From UHGV virus genome UHGV-0317053: DNA of 37,827 nt, one strand, 5' to 3'. Below are positions 1 through 10,144 of the stretch, piece after piece. Every line of letters begins with the position of its first letter. The stretch's first letter is position 1. The position numbers and the translations under genes were made by a program. The notes beneath the pieces were generated by a model that was not told the DNA's origin, did not search any database, and was given only the letters and a program-made list of their open reading frames with translations. This DNA comes from a virus.

Positions 1-140
1 AATTATTTTTCCAGTTTTTTGATTTTTCAACAGCTGAATATCGGAAATAGTCAGTGACGAACATCAGTATTTTTACATAATTACGTCTAGGTCATTGTCG
101 GTTTATCTCCTTTTACTTGTGGTAATTGAGGGATAACAAC

Positions 141-172
141 AAAAAAGGTGAGTTTTGCGACTCACCTTTTTT
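141..172. terminator. bidirectional intrinsic terminator just beyond mlaA 3' end
   Basis: A6 run, GC stem ggtgag/ctcacc with short loop, then T6 run; lies 10 bp past the mlaA stop. Confidence 0.55.
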
Positions 173-181
173 ATTTGTTTC

Positions 182-937
182 TTATTCAGAATCAATATCT
201 TTTAAATCATCCTGAATCGCTTGTGCGTTCGGATTTTCCTGCGGTTTGAGTTCGCCGCCATTAGCGATGAAATCATGACGCTGGAAGTACGCTTCGCGCA
301 CCATAATATAAGGATCGGACGACTGACGCAGCAGACCATCGGAATCCAGCAGCTGAGCGCGGGTTTCGATCCCTTCAAGCGTCCATTTACCCACAGACAT
401 CGGCCAGGTCAGCCAGGAAAGAACCGGGTAAAGACCATCCGCCATATCACCACCGTCATCACGCAGCGTGAAGCTACCGTAGAACGGTAACTGAACGTAA
501 GGCCCATAACCCACGCCATAATGACCAAGCGTACTACCGAAGCGGTGAGGTTCAGTCCGTTGCAGTTTCGGGTTCGCCATCCCTGCAACATCAATAAAGC
601 CGCCCATCCCCAAAATGGTGTTCAGGAAAAAGCGGGTAAAGTGGACCATCCCCTGATAAGGGTCGCCCTGCAAGAAGTAGTTAACCATCACCGCAGGTTC
701 TTCAAGGTTGCCAGTAAAGTTGCTCAAACCATTACGCGCCGGTTGCGGAACATAATCACGCCAGGCGACAGCGACCGGTCGAACAATATACGGGTCTAAT
801 ACGTTGAAGTTGAAGTTGTACATGGTGCGGTTGAACCCTTCTAACGGGTCAGAACGCCCTTGCTGATCTGTACCGGAACTCGCACACCCCACCAGAAGCG
901 TAGTTCCCAGAGCAAGCGCCGACAGGCGAAGCTTCAT
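182..937 (-). CDS. mlaA: MlaA/VacJ outer-membrane lipoprotein
   Basis: 251-aa ORF with lipoprotein signal and lipobox (LLVGC); sequence recognised as MlaA family; known E. coli synteny mlaA-yfdC-argW. Confidence 0.9.
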   Translation of the reverse strand: MKLRLSALALGTTLLVGCASSGTDQQGRSDPLEGFNRTMYNFNFNVLDPYIVRPVAVAWRDYVPQPARNGLSNFTGNLEEPAVMVNYFLQGDPYQGMVHFTRFFLNTILGMGGFIDVAGMANPKLQRTEPHRFGSTLGHYGVGYGPYVQLPFYGSFTLRDDGGDMADGLYPVLSWLTWPMSVGKWTLEGIETRAQLLDSDGLLRQSSDPYIMVREAYFQRHDFIANGGELKPQENPNAQAIQDDLKDIDSE

Positions 938-1230
938 AAATGTCTCCCTGTTTTTTTATGGCTTATGCAGTTTGCCATCCATGACGGAACGATACCGTAT
1001 CCGCCTGTTTAGGTGTGGGCGATTGTAACAGCACGTCAACTGATGTCCAGACGCCCTGATTTGCTGATTTGATCATAGCCTGGTAATCGCCGCCCTGTAG
1101 GCTACTTGATTCTATAGAAACAGAAAAAGGCAAACGCAGCCTTTTCTACATTTTCAGAGTAACTCCCGTCAGTTGCGAGCAAAAAAGCCGCTACGCTTTA
1201 GCTATACGTGCTAATTCAAGAGAAGAGACC

Positions 1231-2163
1231 ATGGACAACGACAAAATTGATCAACACAGCGACGAAATTGAAGTTGAGAGCGAAGAAAAAGAGCGCGGCA
1301 AAAAAATAGAAATAGATGAAGACCGACTCCCCTCCCGGGCGATGGCAATTCATGAGCATATCCGCCAGGATGGTGAAAAAGAGCTGGAACGCGACGCAAT
1401 GGCGCTACTGTGGTCAGCCATTGCGGCGGGTCTGTCGATGGGCGCTTCGTTACTGGCAAAAGGGATATTTCAAGTCGAACTGGAAGGTGTGCCGGGCAGC
1501 TTCTTGCTGGAGAATCTCGGTTATACCTTTGGTTTTATTATCGTCATTATGGCCCGCCAGCAATTATTTACCGAAAATACCGTGACTGCGGTACTACCCG
1601 TCATGCAAAAACCGACAATGAGCAACGTCGGCTTACTTATACGGTTATGGGGCGTCGTGCTGCTGGGTAATATTCTCGGGACAGGTATTGCGGCGTGGGC
1701 ATTTGAATATATGCCTATCTTCAATGAAGAAACTCGCGATGCATTTGTCAAAATCGGCATGGATGTGATGAAGAACACCCCCAGCGAGATGTTTGCCAAC
1801 GCGATCATTTCCGGCTGGCTGATCGCCACTATGGTTTGGATGTTTCCTGCAGCGGGTGCGGCAAAGATTGTGGTGATTATATTGATGACCTGGCTTATTG
1901 CCCTGGGTGACACCACCCATATCGTGGTCGGTTCTGTTGAAATCCTCTATCTGGTGTTTAACGGTACGCTGCACTGGAGCGATTTCATCTGGCCCTTCGC
2001 ACTACCTACTTTAGCGGGGAACATCTGCGGCGGCACCTTTATCTTCGCGTTAATGAGTCATGCACAGATTCGTAACGACATGAGCAATAAGCGTAAAGCA
2101 GAAGCACGCCAAAAAGCAGAACGTGCGGAAAACATTAAGAAAAATTATAAAAACCCGGCATAA
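1231..2163 (+). CDS. yfdC: FNT-family (formate/nitrite transporter-like) inner membrane protein YfdC
   Basis: 310-aa polytopic hydrophobic ORF; position between mlaA and argW as in E. coli K-12. Confidence 0.8.
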   Translation: MDNDKIDQHSDEIEVESEEKERGKKIEIDEDRLPSRAMAIHEHIRQDGEKELERDAMALLWSAIAAGLSMGASLLAKGIFQVELEGVPGSFLLENLGYTFGFIIVIMARQQLFTENTVTAVLPVMQKPTMSNVGLLIRLWGVVLLGNILGTGIAAWAFEYMPIFNEETRDAFVKIGMDVMKNTPSEMFANAIISGWLIATMVWMFPAAGAAKIVVIILMTWLIALGDTTHIVVGSVEILYLVFNGTLHWSDFIWPFALPTLAGNICGGTFIFALMSHAQIRNDMSNKRKAEARQKAERAENIKKNYKNPA

Positions 2164-2238
2164 ATGGCGAGGGTTTAAGCAATCGAGCGGCAGCGTACTT
2201 ACCCCGCACTCCATTAGCGGGTATACTCATGCCGCATT

Positions 2239-2313
2239 GTCCTCTTAGTTAAATGGATATAACGAGCCCCTCCTAAGGGCTAATTGCAGGTTCGATTCCT
2301 GCAGGGGACGCCA
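2239..2313 (+). tRNA. argW: tRNA-Arg (anticodon CCU)
   Basis: 75-nt cloverleaf: acceptor stem GUCCUCU/AGGGGAC, anticodon loop CUCCUAA, T-arm GCAGG-TTCGATT-CCTGC, CCA end; 3' end is G-CCA (discriminator G) rather than A-CCA. Confidence 0.95.
2299..2313 (+). other. attL core (ctgcaggggacgcca) within tRNA 3' end
   Basis: Matches attR copy at 37603..37617 with one mismatch (g vs a). Confidence 0.8.
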
Positions 2314-2474
2314 TTTATCAGTTCGCTCCCATCCGTACCAGTCCGCAAAATTCCCTGAATATCAAGCCTTCCGTAGATTCACAGTTCGTAATGGTTCGCG
2401 TCAGATCGTTGACAGCCGCACACCATGACGGGTAAAAAGTGGATAAAATAATTTTACCCACCGGATTTTTACCC

Positions 2475-3632
2475 ATGCTCACCGTTAAGCAGATTGAAGC
2501 AGCAAAGCCGAAAGAAAAACCATACCGCCTACTCGATGGTAATGGCCTGTACCTTTATGTCCCTGTATCAGGGAAAAAGGTATGGCAGCTTCGCTACAAG
2601 ATTGACGGTAAGGAGAAAATCCTGACTGTCGGAAAATATCCGCTTATGACTTTGCAGGAGGCAAGGGATAAAGCATGGACTGCGAGGAAAGACATCTCGG
2701 TTGGCATCGATCCGGTAAAGGCGAAAAAGGCTTCGTCTAACAACAATTCCTTTAGTGCAATTTACAAGGAATGGTACGAACACAAGAAGCAAGTCTGGTC
2801 AGTAGGGTATGCGACTGAACTTGCAAAAATGTTTGATGACGACATTATACCCATCATCGGCGGCCTTGAAATTCAGGATATTGAGCCGATGCAACTGCTG
2901 GAAGTAATCCGCAGATTTGAAGATCGCGGTGCAATGGAGCGAGCCAACAAAGCACGAAGAAGATGCGGCGAGGTTTTTCGTTACGCTATTGTCACTGGTA
3001 GGGCTAAATATAACCCGGCACCTGACCTTGCTGACGCCATGAAGGGATACCGCAAGAAGAACTTCCCGTTTCTTCCTGCAGACCAGATCCCGGCATTCAA
3101 CAAAGCACTGGCAACATTTTCAGGAAGTATCGTATCGCTCATTGCGACCAAAGTTTTACGCTACACTGCCCTAAGAACGAAAGAGCTTCGTTCCATGCTA
3201 TGGAAGAACGTCGATTTTGAAAACAGGATTATCACCATCGACGCCAGTGTGATGAAAGGACGCAAAATTCATGTGGTCCCGATGTCAGACCAGGTGGTTG
3301 AACTTCTCACTACGCTAAGCTCAATCACCAAACCAGTATCAGAGTTTGTTTTTGCCGGGCGCAACGATAAGAAGAAGCCAATCTGCGAGAACGCGGTATT
3401 GCTTGTGATCAAACAAATCGGCTATGAGGGTCTGGAAAGCGGTCACGGATTCAGGCATGAATTCAGCACAATTATGAACGAGCACGAATGGCCTGCCGAC
3501 GCCATTGAAGTGCAACTGGCACATGCCAACGGCGGTTCTGTGCGTGGAATTTACAACCATGCTCAGTATCTCGATAAGCGCAGAGAAATGATGCAGTGGT
3601 GGGCAGACTGGCTTGATGAAAAGGCATCATAG
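2475..3632 (+). CDS. intS: P4-family tyrosine integrase
   Basis: N-terminus MLTVKQIEAAKPKEKPYRLLDGNGLYLYV typical of P4-type integrases; C-terminal HGFRH box and catalytic Tyr region; directly 3' of the tRNA. ATG at 2475 chosen (385 aa); ORF-track start 2439 is an upstream in-frame extension. Confidence 0.9.
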   Translation: MLTVKQIEAAKPKEKPYRLLDGNGLYLYVPVSGKKVWQLRYKIDGKEKILTVGKYPLMTLQEARDKAWTARKDISVGIDPVKAKKASSNNNSFSAIYKEWYEHKKQVWSVGYATELAKMFDDDIIPIIGGLEIQDIEPMQLLEVIRRFEDRGAMERANKARRRCGEVFRYAIVTGRAKYNPAPDLADAMKGYRKKNFPFLPADQIPAFNKALATFSGSIVSLIATKVLRYTALRTKELRSMLWKNVDFENRIITIDASVMKGRKIHVVPMSDQVVELLTTLSSITKPVSEFVFAGRNDKKKPICENAVLLVIKQIGYEGLESGHGFRHEFSTIMNEHEWPADAIEVQLAHANGGSVRGIYNHAQYLDKRREMMQWWADWLDEKAS

Positions 3633-3990
3633 AAGAGCACAAAGCCTTGCGTCCAGTGCAAAGCTTTGTGTGTCTCAGTTTTGTCCTGTGCGCCAGATAT
3701 TGAATGGCCTCGGCACCGTAACGTATCCGATCGCGCTTCCTGCAGGTGCTGTGCCGGTCATAATTGTTTCAGACCTGATTTCCAGTGACCCTGGAGATAC
3801 TCACGTAATTCACCAGTCGGTTGTAATTAACGCCTCTCGAACAGTTAGTGGATTTTCCGTACGGCAGAGATCAACCGGCACAACAACACCGGCAAACGGC
3901 TACGCATGGGAGATAATATATGCGCCTGTTTAATCCAGTAACAATGACAGAAGTTACCCCCGGTTTTCACGATGACGGAAATTCCAGAAG

Positions 3991-4023
3991 GAAAAATGCT
4001 CGCCGTGAATGACAACGGCGAGC
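3991..4023 (-). terminator. intrinsic terminator ending the late/tail operon
   Basis: 9-bp perfect stem gctcgccgt/acggcgagc, 8-nt loop, followed on the minus strand by ATTTTTCC; 16 bp downstream of the tfa stop. Confidence 0.5.
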
Positions 4024-4038
4024 CTGTATTGATTGATG

Positions 4039-4458
4039 CTACACAGAAGGCGGTACCGGCCAGTCAGGATTAGCGGTATCGACAGCATTCAGTTTGTCGA
4101 TGTAGGCCAGCCAACTGATTAGGCTGGCCTTTTCAGCATCGTTGATGATGCCGAGCAGTAGCTTACTCTGCCAGTTGCTAATTGTGGATTGTGCTTTCTC
4201 CTGTAACGTAGACTTTCTTAATTCTGCCGCAGCGACCAGCTGTTCCTGAGTTAGCGCTGGAGCGTCAATCCATATGGGCAGGCCATCACTTCCCGCCGCG
4301 CGTATCTTCCCCTCTGGTGGCTCTCTTGTAAATTCATTAAAAATAGCTTCATCAACATCAATGCCATCATCAGGCCAGCTCCCTGCCGAAAGATAATTTT
4401 CTTTTAGCAAATACGGATAAAACGCGTTTTTTGATGGGCTGAAAATATAATTAGTCAT
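4039..4458 (-). CDS. tail fiber assembly protein (Tfa)
   Basis: N-terminus MTNYIFSPSKNAFYPY and C-terminal ...SWLAYIDKLNAVDTANPDWPVPP typical of Tfa chaperones; ATG 4458 has AGGAT SD; ORF-track start 4533 is an extension. Confidence 0.8.
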   Translation of the reverse strand: MTNYIFSPSKNAFYPYLLKENYLSAGSWPDDGIDVDEAIFNEFTREPPEGKIRAAGSDGLPIWIDAPALTQEQLVAAAELRKSTLQEKAQSTISNWQSKLLLGIINDAEKASLISWLAYIDKLNAVDTANPDWPVPPSV

Positions 4459-4477
4459 ACTAATATCCTGTACGTAT

Positions 4478-5083
4478 CTAGTTTCCGATTGCCATATAGT
4501 TGAATGCTGGTGATGAATTTGAGCCTCTCGCAAAAAATTGCGAATTGCTCAGCACTGACGTTGCGATATATTCCAGCGACGAAGTACCACCGTCTGTCCC
4601 CAAAACAATGAACGCTGAGTTAGGAAACGCGACGGGAAACGTGTGGGTTGTGCCACTCATTGACGTTGTTGCACTACCCCACTGGATAACCAGACTACTA
4701 CGAGCGCCGCCAATTATCAGCGGCATGTAGGCGTAGCCATTATTCTCCAGTGTACCAGACGAAACACCCGCCAGGGCGATGTCTCCCAAACCAAGGTTTT
4801 CGAGAGCCGTTTTCACCGTGCCATCCGATTTGATATCACCAAACGGATTCTTGCGGCTTAACAGCAGCGCACGAAGCGCGGTAAGCAACTGGTCGTGCCG
4901 CCCCTTCTCCAGGCTGGCACCGGATGCCTCCACCACGCTGCAAAGCTCCTCCTGCAACATGTCAAAGTAGTCATCATCCAGATCGGTGGCAGGCGTGCCT
5001 GTCTGGGGGTTACCACGGGTAAAACCGTTCTTACCCGCGCCGAACTTATCCTTCTGCGCGGTTTTCGTGTCTATACGATGCAT
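4478..5083 (-). CDS. tail fiber protein (short, 201 aa)
   Basis: Conserved fiber N-terminus [40 protein letters not shown]; lies between DUF2313 baseplate gene and tfa. Confidence 0.7.
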   Translation of the reverse strand: MHRIDTKTAQKDKFGAGKNGFTRGNPQTGTPATDLDDDYFDMLQEELCSVVEASGASLEKGRHDQLLTALRALLLSRKNPFGDIKSDGTVKTALENLGLGDIALAGVSSGTLENNGYAYMPLIIGGARSSLVIQWGSATTSMSGTTHTFPVAFPNSAFIVLGTDGGTSSLEYIATSVLSNSQFFARGSNSSPAFNYMAIGN

Positions 5084-5086
5084 GGA

Positions 5087-5671
5087 TTACTCCGGATATT
5101 TAAAAATTACGTAGGTATGCGACGGGCAGAGTTTGTTAAGCACACACTCGACAACGGTGTCGCCCCAGATACGCAGCGCGGAATCACAGGGATCGCCACA
5201 TGTCATCCAGGTGGTGTTGGTGGCGGCTGGCATGTTGACCTGCCAGTAATACCGCCATTCCGGCGCATTCACCGCGTCAGTACAGGCAGATGAGCAGGTG
5301 AACGTGCTTTTGTCGTATCGCGTGATGGTAGCGTCTGGTCTGCCCAGGGCAGCAAGCTGTGCAAGATAAAAATTCTCGTTGATGCCGCCCGCCAGGTTAA
5401 CCTTCGCATCCAGCCGTTGCTGACGCTGGCGAAGGGTCTGCGTCCCTGCCGGAATACATTCATCCGGCAGACCGCACAGACGCTCCCAGCGGTTTATCAG
5501 TTCAGTGGTGGTGCGCGGATCCAGCTCCCGCATCAGGGCATCCGCACGCTGATGAACGCGGGTTAATGACGGTGCCGCACCGGCAATCGCCGGATCGCTG
5601 GCTGACCACGCCGGACCGGGGGGCAACAGTGCCGACAACAGACGGATGTAATCATCGTTTGTCACGTCCAT
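5087..5671 (-). CDS. baseplate/tail protein, DUF2313 (Mu gp48 / YmfQ-like)
   Basis: Family recognised from sequence and position after J-like baseplate gene. Confidence 0.65.
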   Translation of the reverse strand: MDVTNDDYIRLLSALLPPGPAWSASDPAIAGAAPSLTRVHQRADALMRELDPRTTTELINRWERLCGLPDECIPAGTQTLRQRQQRLDAKVNLAGGINENFYLAQLAALGRPDATITRYDKSTFTCSSACTDAVNAPEWRYYWQVNMPAATNTTWMTCGDPCDSALRIWGDTVVECVLNKLCPSHTYVIFKYPE

Positions 5672-6720
5672 GAAATCGTCCCCAGAACCGCCAGTTCATT
5701 TTTTGCAATGGAGATATTGTCTGCCGGTGCAAGCAACTGATGGCTGTATTCCCCGTTCGCACCGGAAATCGCTTCACTGATACGTGACACCTTCAGTTCT
5801 CCCTGCGGATAACCATCACGCAGCAGGAACGAACGCAACTCGGCGGTGATGGCAGCCCGTATTTCTGGTGTGTCCGGCGTCACGCGGATATGAAAATCCA
5901 CCGTATGTGCCACCGGCCTGAACACATACAAATCAGAGCCTGCCACCGGGGCCAGTGGCTCGATATGTTGTCTTGCCGCCGTTTCCGTTGATTCTTCCGG
6001 AATGGGATTAATCAGGTCACTGCTGGCAATCATCACACCGACAGTTCCCGTTCCCATCCAGTGACGGTATGTCCATGCGCGGGTAATGCCGGGCACTTCT
6101 TTAGCCCAGACGACATAGTCCCCGTCAGCCCCGCCCTGCGGCGTCCAGTAATACCGCTCAATGACGCGGGCGCGCCACGTTTCCAGCTCTTCAGTATCAA
6201 ATCCGCCTGTCAGGGTGTCAGCCACACCGGAAGACGGCAGACCATTCACCGGCGTGACCAGGATTAATGCCGTACCGTCGTCAGCGTTACCGACCGCGCC
6301 TGTAGTTGAGCAAGTGATCGGCACACGCAGGACACCACCAGTGCTGGTTGCATCGGCAGTTGCCGTGTACTGAACCAGGTCATCGCGCTGAATAACACTC
6401 CCGGCGGTCACCTTCAGGCCATCGCTGACACCTTCCCAGCGCATATACCCGCTGGCAGCCGTGGCCCCCTTGCGCGGACACCGTTTCATCGCAGCATGTC
6501 GCGCCAGCCAGGACTCATCGCACAGATCAGGCAGCATGTTCATTGCCAGATAATCGATGTAACCGTAAACCGTATGCAGCGCCGCCGCATACACCTTTGC
6601 CCGCACGTCTTCATCCATGCGCCGGAGCGTGTCGCTGACGTCCAGCCTGGCGAATAAATCGTTACGGAGCATACTGATATTTTCTGCCAGCGTCGGGCGC
6701 TGAAATTCACTGTCCGCCAT
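5662..6720 (-). CDS. baseplate J-like protein (Mu gp47-like)
   Basis: 352 aa; position and sequence character of baseplate J family; overlaps neighbours by a few codons. Confidence 0.7.
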   Translation of the reverse strand: MADSEFQRPTLAENISMLRNDLFARLDVSDTLRRMDEDVRAKVYAAALHTVYGYIDYLAMNMLPDLCDESWLARHAAMKRCPRKGATAASGYMRWEGVSDGLKVTAGSVIQRDDLVQYTATADATSTGGVLRVPITCSTTGAVGNADDGTALILVTPVNGLPSSGVADTLTGGFDTEELETWRARVIERYYWTPQGGADGDYVVWAKEVPGITRAWTYRHWMGTGTVGVMIASSDLINPIPEESTETAARQHIEPLAPVAGSDLYVFRPVAHTVDFHIRVTPDTPEIRAAITAELRSFLLRDGYPQGELKVSRISEAISGANGEYSHQLLAPADNISIAKNELAVLGTISWT

Positions 6721-7135
6721 GCGTTATCGCACTCCACAGATCATCAAAAGAAATCATTACCGGTCCGTCACGACGCCAGAGGGTGATACTGTTACCCAGC
6801 TCATTAATCCCGGTGCGGCGGATATCCAGATCAATACGGGACACCACGCCGTCATCAATCATCCATTGCAGGCATTCGCGGATATACCCCCTTACTGTCT
6901 GCACCAGCTGATTGGTCAGTTTGCTGCGCTGAAGCAGCCACAGTCGGGAGCCGTAACGGTCATTCTGTACCGCAGGCCAGGTATCCCCCCACCATCCCAT
7001 CGGGACGTCGGCGTTGTCATCAGGCTCCGCCCGCCGCCAGGTAAACAGGGAAATCACCACGGCACGGGTCAGCGGATCCAGCGGTGCGCTGGCGCAGGTG
7101 CGTTTACCGTTCACCGTCAGCCACAGTTCCATCAT
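6707..7135 (-). CDS. baseplate protein (Mu gp46-like)
   Basis: 142 aa; conserved position between V-like spike and J-like genes. Confidence 0.6.
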   Translation of the reverse strand: MMELWLTVNGKRTCASAPLDPLTRAVVISLFTWRRAEPDDNADVPMGWWGDTWPAVQNDRYGSRLWLLQRSKLTNQLVQTVRGYIRECLQWMIDDGVVSRIDLDIRRTGINELGNSITLWRRDGPVMISFDDLWSAITHGGQ

Positions 7136-7680
7136 GCCTCCATCGCTTTATCCGGTTTGTCGGTGTTACTGCCCTGACCGTTCTCTCTGTGACGATGCCC
7201 GTTATAGGCAAGCCGCATCGCTGACATGGTAGTGCCGCTGGAGTCGCACAGGTCTTTCACCTGTCCTGTCACTTCCAGGTCCATTTCAAAACGTGCTTTA
7301 GGTGAATTGCGAAACGTGATCGTTTTACCTGCACCGTCCACCACGATCCCCTCCCGGGTCAGCGTCACGGACTGCCCCTGATCGTCATAGACAGCCACCT
7401 CACCCGTCTGCAGCCCTTTCAGGCGGTAGCGCCGGTCCGACACCGTAACAACCACCGCATGAGAACGGTCGCCATCCGGAAACAACACCACCGCTTCCGC
7501 ACCGCTGTTTGCCCTTGCGGTAAAACCGTAGGGTTCAAGATGTTCAATCCCGGCTTTGGGTTCACCGGCAATCAGGGACACATCCACGGTCTGACATTTC
7601 GTGGCGGCACTGATGCTTTTCACCACGGCCCGCCCAATCAGGCCGAGGAGTTGTCGCTGCATGGCTTCAATCGTCCTCAT
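7132..7680 (-). CDS. baseplate assembly/spike protein V-like (Mu gp45-like)
   Basis: 182 aa; position in Mu-type baseplate block. Confidence 0.65.
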   Translation of the reverse strand: MRTIEAMQRQLLGLIGRAVVKSISAATKCQTVDVSLIAGEPKAGIEHLEPYGFTARANSGAEAVVLFPDGDRSHAVVVTVSDRRYRLKGLQTGEVAVYDDQGQSVTLTREGIVVDGAGKTITFRNSPKARFEMDLEVTGQVKDLCDSSGTTMSAMRLAYNGHRHRENGQGSNTDKPDKAMEA

Positions 7681-8759
7681 CAGAACGGGTCCTCCTGTAC
7701 TCTGGCTTTTTTCTTTTTCCGCGCGCCGGGGGCTTCGGGTTCAGGCAGATAAGCATCAGGCGGGCCGACACGGATTTCCGTCAGGGTGCCGTTCTGGTCC
7801 TGAGTAAACGTGACTTCCGAAACAAGCAGTTCGGTATTGTCGAAACCACAGACCGGATCAAAGACAATCACCCGCTGGTTGGGCTGCCACAGCGTACCGT
7901 TACCCTGTCGCCAGCCCTGCACCACATAGGTGGTTTCATCCGTCCGCGCCGCCCGTTGTCGGGCTTCAAAGTCAGCACGGGCAATACAACCTGCCCCCGT
8001 AGCCTGCCCTGTCTGCCTGATATACATCGGACGGTAACGGGCAATAAATGCGTCCTCTGTGCGGGCCCGCAGCGCGGTGGTGGTGGCCTCACCGAAATCA
8101 TCGTCGTTTCCGGCACGCTGCCCCGCCACCTGGTAAACAGAAAATCGCTCCCGGATACTCTTCTCCGTATCGCAGGAAAGGATGTTTTCCCCGAGTACCA
8201 GCGCGGTATGTGCCCGCGTTGAGCCAATACCGCCAATCACCAGCCTGCCGTGCGGGTCGTCATAAGCCAGCGCCTGCTGCTGACCGAGTATTTTGTTAAT
8301 CACCTCGATCACCGTTTCACCGTGATCAGGCTGGACATCAGGAATAACACCCGACGGCGCACCGCTGTTCACCACCTCAATGCCGAAGGGCGCAGCAAGC
8401 GCCTGCGCAATCTGTACCAGTGATCGTCCGTTAAACTGTGTCGGTTCAGCTGCACAATCAATCAGGTCAGCGGTCAGACTGCGTCCGGCAATACCGGTGC
8501 TGACCGAACGGGCATCGTAACGAACGGGCGTCGCCTCCACCCAGCCGGTGATCACCAGCTCATCACCAATCAGCACCTCCACTTTTGAACCGTTTTTAAT
8601 GCGCGGCTGAAGCGTGGTGATACCCTCATCACCCGGCCACTGGCGGGTGATCTCCACACTGAAATCCCGCGCCAGTCGTTCAACACCGGCACCGATGCGC
8701 ACCGATGTCCAGCCATTCCACTCCCGTCCATTTACCCGTAGCGTGACATTGTCGTTCAT
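7680..8759 (-). CDS. baseplate hub / tail protein (Mu gp44, P2 gpD-like)
   Basis: 359 aa; follows DNA-circulation gene as in Mu/SfV tail modules. Confidence 0.65.
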   Translation of the reverse strand: MNDNVTLRVNGREWNGWTSVRIGAGVERLARDFSVEITRQWPGDEGITTLQPRIKNGSKVEVLIGDELVITGWVEATPVRYDARSVSTGIAGRSLTADLIDCAAEPTQFNGRSLVQIAQALAAPFGIEVVNSGAPSGVIPDVQPDHGETVIEVINKILGQQQALAYDDPHGRLVIGGIGSTRAHTALVLGENILSCDTEKSIRERFSVYQVAGQRAGNDDDFGEATTTALRARTEDAFIARYRPMYIRQTGQATGAGCIARADFEARQRAARTDETTYVVQGWRQGNGTLWQPNQRVIVFDPVCGFDNTELLVSEVTFTQDQNGTLTEIRVGPPDAYLPEPEAPGARKKKKARVQEDPF

Positions 8760-10084
8760 TGCACTGGCACCTTCAGAGGGATCACCGGCACAAAGCCGGG
8801 ATGCGTAATGGCATTACGCCGGATAATGTCCGCATCACGCGCCGCGTTATCAAACCAGGTCGCCGCCAGCACCAGCGCGGGTAAAACCTCATCCGGTGTG
8901 CGCTGAATGATCCGTGCAGACTGTTCAAGGCGCGTGTTGATATCCGCATTCAGATCTGCTTTCACCCGGCGCAGTGCCAGAAACAGCGCATCACTGGTTG
9001 TACGGGACAACTCCTTATCAATTGCCGTATTCAGTGTGTCGCGAATGTCAGTCAGTTCTTCCCACGTCGGCAGGTCAACCGTGTTTTTCACCGCCGGTGC
9101 ATTGTTCAGTGCCGGATGCGTGACGGAAGGCCAGCCAGTGCTCTGCGCAGGTGTTGTTGCCTGCCCCACTGCGGAATTCTGCATCACCGCGGAAGTTGTT
9201 GGCGCAGGCAATCGGGTGACGGCATACGCCGCTTCGCTGATTGCGGTCGTACGAAGGGTGCTGGCAACCACGTTACGCTGCTGCGTCGCCGTGGCGGTAG
9301 TTTTACTGTCCGTTTTCCAGACGCCGCGCGGTTGCAGATCGCTGCCTAGGCTGACACCGGAAAGCGTTTTGATCATGGTGACCAGGTCGCTGGCGTTACC
9401 ATAAAGGCGTTTCCCGGTACGCCACATTTTCTGCACCTGCTCAACGAAATTTTTGCCTGACGATGGTGGCGGCAGAAGTACCGAGATATCCCCCTGCAAC
9501 AGCCTGGCAGCATCCGATACGGCAGAATCCACCACTTTCATCGCATCAGAAACATACCCAAGCATTGTGCTGGCATTACCAACGACGTCGTTCTGCACAA
9601 AATCCGCCACGCCATCGATACTGAAACTGCTGAAGCTGTCACTGATGCAGTCATCCAGTGCAGAACAGGATGACATCAGCGTCTGCGCCGTCGCCGCACC
9701 TGATGTGGGGTAAGAAAGTTCTCCTGCTTCGACAAACTTCAGGTCAAAGCGGACAATACGCCCTTCACTCTTCGATGTGCTGACCCTAACTTCCCCGTCA
9801 ACACAGACTTTCAGCTCACCGTAAGTCGGATGGACAAGCGTGCCGGGACCGGGTTTATTCAGCGCGTCAATCAGGCGATCGCGCTGGTCAAAGCAGTCAT
9901 CTCCCACCACATAAGCTGTGATGGACGGGCGGAAAGTGATTTTCCCCAGGTCTTCGGTATAGGGTTTGTCGCGGTTCGGGTATTCGTGCGTTTCCACACG
10001 ACGACCGGTTCCCGCACTTTCTTCTTCAACCTTAAACGGCACACCGCGAAATGACGCGTCCTGAAGTCTGTCTTTCCACGTCAT
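8756..10084 (-). CDS. DNA circulation protein (Mu gp43-like)
   Basis: N-terminus MTWKDRLQDASFRGVPF typical of family; ATG 10084 has GGAG SD; ORF-track start 10126 would run through a terminator-like hairpin. Confidence 0.65.
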   Translation of the reverse strand: MTWKDRLQDASFRGVPFKVEEESAGTGRRVETHEYPNRDKPYTEDLGKITFRPSITAYVVGDDCFDQRDRLIDALNKPGPGTLVHPTYGELKVCVDGEVRVSTSKSEGRIVRFDLKFVEAGELSYPTSGAATAQTLMSSCSALDDCISDSFSSFSIDGVADFVQNDVVGNASTMLGYVSDAMKVVDSAVSDAARLLQGDISVLLPPPSSGKNFVEQVQKMWRTGKRLYGNASDLVTMIKTLSGVSLGSDLQPRGVWKTDSKTTATATQQRNVVASTLRTTAISEAAYAVTRLPAPTTSAVMQNSAVGQATTPAQSTGWPSVTHPALNNAPAVKNTVDLPTWEELTDIRDTLNTAIDKELSRTTSDALFLALRRVKADLNADINTRLEQSARIIQRTPDEVLPALVLAATWFDNAARDADIIRRNAITHPGFVPVIPLKVPVQ

Positions 10085-10099
10085 ATAAACTCCGTACAT

Positions 10100-10121
10100 A
10101 AAAAATCCCACCGGAGTGGGA
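10100..10121 (-). terminator. terminator-like hairpin between tape measure and DNA-circulation genes
   Basis: stem cccac/gtggg with 4-nt loop, followed on minus strand by T6. Confidence 0.35.
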
Positions 10122-10144
10122 CTCATTAACAGATTAATTTTTCA

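Noticed and set aside
221-799. ORFs antisense to or overlapping mlaA (221..490, 409..594, 521..799)
   Set aside because: mlaA is a confident call occupying this interval; the overlapping frames are artefacts
3613-3933. 106-aa plus-strand ORF overlapping the integrase stop
   Set aside because: Ser/Arg/Thr-rich composition, no SD, overlaps the int 3' end and a hairpin; looks like a spurious frame, though a degenerate remnant of an alternate tail-fiber or gtr gene cannot be excluded
10085-10126. Upstream start for the DNA-circulation gene
   Set aside because: The extension would be translated through a terminator-like hairpin and has no SD; ATG 10084 has a GGAG SD
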